Shown here: piece by piece, positions 16,501 through 18,401 of the stretch
How positions within the stretch are numbered: the stretch's first letter is position 1
Layout of the letters: each line of letters begins with the position of its first letter
Source: Polyangiaceae bacterium
GTDB taxonomy: Bacteria > Myxococcota_A > Polyangia > Polyangiales > Polyangiaceae
DNA: 18,401 nucleotides
Assembly (NCBI GenBank): GCA_044222475.1
Contig: JBGANF010000148.1
Span: forward strand, 1-18,401
Direction of reading: 5' to 3'
Notes under the pieces: generated by a model
The model's input: only the letters and a program-made list of their open reading frames with translations
Database searches by the model: none
What the model was told of the DNA's origin: nothing
Program-made: the position numbers and the translations under genes

Positions 16501-17133
16501 ATGCCCTTCGCCCGCGCCGTCACCGACTGTCACACGTGCCCGCTCGGCGTTGCGGCCGGACGCGACGGATGTCCGTTTTCGCCGTCGAAGCATGACGCGG
16601 GTCAGCGCCTCGTCTCGCGCGGCCGACGTGGCGAGTGCGTGACGTTCGTCAAGCGAGGCTATGGGGGGCTCTCTGCAGGTGCGGGCCAACCCCTCGCCCT
16701 GCGTGCGCCGCGATCGATCGTCGGGTGGGAGGCGCTCACGGCGACTCCCGCAGCTCATACCCTCACCACGCTCACCGAGACCGAGACGTGCGTCATCGAC
16801 GCGGACCGCTTTCGCGCGTTCGCGAAGACGCGTGCCCCCGCGATTCTCCCGCTGCTCGTCGCCGAGCTCGAGCAGCGGGACTGCGAGGCACGTTACACGC
16901 GAGGCACTGCGCGCCGCAGGCTCGCAAGCTTCTTGGTTGCTCGCCTCCAGCGCGGAGGTGGCGCCTATCCCGTCGAGCTCCAGTACCAGAGCCTGGCCAG
17001 CGTCCTCGGGCTGCGCGCGGAGACGCTCAGTCGCGTGCTCCGAGAGTTGCGCGCGCGCGGAGTCATCGCGCGTGGTCGCGGGCTCTTCGTGAAGGACGTC
17101 GTGGTGCTGCAGACGATCGCTGCCGCGGCGTGA
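16501..17133 (+). CDS. Crp/Fnr family regulator, FNR-type (Cys ligands + ExxSR helix)
   Basis: N-terminal C10-x2-C13-x10-C24 plus internal C97 (LTETETCVI, cf. E. coli FNR ALETSMVCEI Cys122); HTH LGLRAETLSRVL; GGAG immediately before ATG. Confidence 0.85.
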   Translation: MPFARAVTDCHTCPLGVAAGRDGCPFSPSKHDAGQRLVSRGRRGECVTFVKRGYGGLSAGAGQPLALRAPRSIVGWEALTATPAAHTLTTLTETETCVIDADRFRAFAKTRAPAILPLLVAELEQRDCEARYTRGTARRRLASFLVARLQRGGGAYPVELQYQSLASVLGLRAETLSRVLRELRARGVIARGRGLFVKDVVVLQTIAAAA

Positions 17134-17245
17134 GCACGTCGCAGCAAGGAACGTTCGGTTGGGCCTGGCGGCGCGAGCCCGGTGTGGCACAGCCTGGCAC
17201 GGAGTAGGTTCGCTGGACCGCGGGAGTTTCGGCGCCTTCTCGGTT

Positions 17246-17261
17246 TGGCCGCCGGATTGCA
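17246..17261 (+). promoter_or_regulatory. putative sigma54 -24/-12 promoter (TGGC-cgccgga-TTGCA)
   Basis: GG-N10-GC spacing is exact, with TGGC and TTGCA cores; predicts a TSS near 17272, just before ATG 17274. Confidence 0.5.
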
Positions 17262-17273
17262 ATGGTCACGAGC

Positions 17274-17918
17274 ATGCGCACCCTCGTCCCCCTCTTCGCC
17301 GCGTTGACCCTGGCCGCATGTGGCGGCTCCACCGTGAGCCCGATCGACGGCGGAAACGGAAACGACGGCGGCACCGGCAACGACGCCTCGAGCGACGCGG
17401 GCGGAAGCCCCTGTCCGCCGAGCCCGCCGACCGCGGGCACCAAGTGCGGCGCAGGGAACGGCATCATGCCGCAGTACGAGTGCGAATACGGCTCGAGCTC
17501 CAACCGCGCCTGCAACGTCGTCGCGACGTGCGAGGACACCGGCCAGTGGACTCTGTCGACCCCGGCGCCGGGTTGCGGAGGGAAGAACCCGCCGACGTGT
17601 CCGTCGACGTACGCGTCGGTGCCGCAGGGCAAGAGCTGCTCCGAGTCGTATCCGCTCGACTGCCTGTACCCCGAAGGGATCTGCTCCTGCACGCCGGGCG
17701 CCGGCGGACCGGTTCCGCTCGACGCCGCCGCGGTGGCGACGTGGCACTGCGACGTTCCCTCGGATTCGAAGTGCCCCAAGCCTCGCCCGAAGCTCGGCTC
17801 CGCGTGCTCCACGCCGAGCCTCCTGTGCGACTACGGCGCGTGCATCTTCCCGAGCGGAACGGCGATGACGTGCACGAGCGGCTACTGGCAGCAGACCGAC
17901 GTACCCTGTCCCTTGTGA
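17274..17918 (+). CDS. Cys-rich lipoprotein (myxobacterial type), paralog 1
   Basis: Lipobox LAA-C, Gly/Asp-rich linker, three CP..xP..G..C.....C.Y modules; alternative start ATG 17262. Confidence 0.85.
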   Translation: MRTLVPLFAALTLAACGGSTVSPIDGGNGNDGGTGNDASSDAGGSPCPPSPPTAGTKCGAGNGIMPQYECEYGSSSNRACNVVATCEDTGQWTLSTPAPGCGGKNPPTCPSTYASVPQGKSCSESYPLDCLYPEGICSCTPGAGGPVPLDAAAVATWHCDVPSDSKCPKPRPKLGSACSTPSLLCDYGACIFPSGTAMTCTSGYWQQTDVPCPL

Positions 17919-17926
17919 GTCTTCCC

Positions 17927-18401
17927 ATGCGAGTCACTCTCCTCATCGGTTGCACCGTCCTCCTCGCCTGCAGCGGCACCGTGGGCGACCCGATCGGCGG
18001 AAGCGACTCCGGGAACGACGGCACCACCAAAGACGGATCCATCGGCGACGCCGCGAAGGACGGGCCGATCACCGACGGCGGCCCGACCGACTGCCCGCCG
18101 ACGCTGCCGACGAACGGCGACCCGTGCGGGACTCCGAAACTCGCGTGCGAGTACGGGTCGAGCACGCTGTTGATGTGCAACCTCGTCGCCACGTGCAACG
18201 GTGGCAAGTGGAGCATCCCGTTCCCTCCGCCCGGCCCGCCGCCGCCGCAGTGCTCCACCGTGAACTCGCCGAAATGTCCGCCGACCTACGCCAGCGTCCC
18301 GGTGGGGCAGAGCTGCTCCGCCGAGTACCCGCTGTTCTGCAACTACCCCGAGACCGCGTGCGCGTGCACCGTCGCGCAGGGCGGACCGTTCCCCGCCGAC
18401 G
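17927..18401 (+). CDS. Cys-rich lipoprotein, paralog 2 (runs off right edge)
   Basis: Not in the ORF track. Manual translation: MRVTLLIGCTVLLA-CSGTVGDPIGG...CPPTLPTNGDPC...CEYGSS...CNLVATC..G.W...CPPTYASVPVGQSCSAEYPLFCNYPETACAC; collinear with paralog 1. Confidence 0.85.
   Translation, partial: MRVTLLIGCTVLLACSGTVGDPIGGSDSGNDGTTKDGSIGDAAKDGPITDGGPTDCPPTLPTNGDPCGTPKLACEYGSSTLLMCNLVATCNGGKWSIPFPPPGPPPPQCSTVNSPKCPPTYASVPVGQSCSAEYPLFCNYPETACACTVAQGGPFPAD

Noticed and set aside
17185..17210. TGGCAC motifs as sigma54 promoters
   Set aside because: Neither copy has GC at the required GG-N10-GC spacing; the site at 17246-17261 does.
9109..17262. Long antisense ORFs (9109..10875 -, 11355..13556 +, 14914..17262 -) and similar ones such as 3360..4628 +
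   Set aside because: Shadow frames expected in high-GC coding DNA; no recognisable motifs, and they lie opposite well-supported genes.
1..18401. CRISPR arrays, tRNA/rRNA genes, IS elements or integrases
   Set aside because: No regularly spaced repeats, RNA gene signatures, transposase motifs or terminal inverted repeats were seen; nearly all sequence is accounted for by protein genes.

Overview
High-GC (roughly 68%, estimated by eye) bacterial DNA, most likely Myxococcota/Polyangiaceae, judging from the tandem Cys-rich lipoproteins and a sigma54-like promoter. The window looks like an anaerobiosis island. Three perfect FNR boxes (TTGAT-N4-ATCAA at 324, 5316, 13564) and one near-palindromic variant (3332) sit upstream of four units: a radical SAM gene with a coupled small Cys-rich ORF; an outer-membrane beta-barrel + copper nitrite reductase (nirK) operon that also carries a Fur-like box; a B12-dependent radical SAM gene with an apparent in-frame deletion; and a divergent pair of operons. 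That pair is chorismate mutase - U32-family Fe-S protein - hemerythrin on one side, and O-methyltransferase - phytoene-desaturase-like flavoprotein - FNR-type regulator on the other. The best candidate for an undescribed system is the U32 enzyme with its own stand-alone chorismate mutase. Characterised U32 hydroxylases depend on prephenate for O2-independent hydroxylation, so this suggests a self-supplied anaerobic hydroxylation/methylation pathway. Also present are a YbhGFSR-like ABC efflux operon with TetR, a PAS-PAS hybrid histidine kinase, an AMMECR1-like gene cut by the left edge, and two paralogous Cys-rich lipoproteins. All calls come from reading motifs; no database searches were run.
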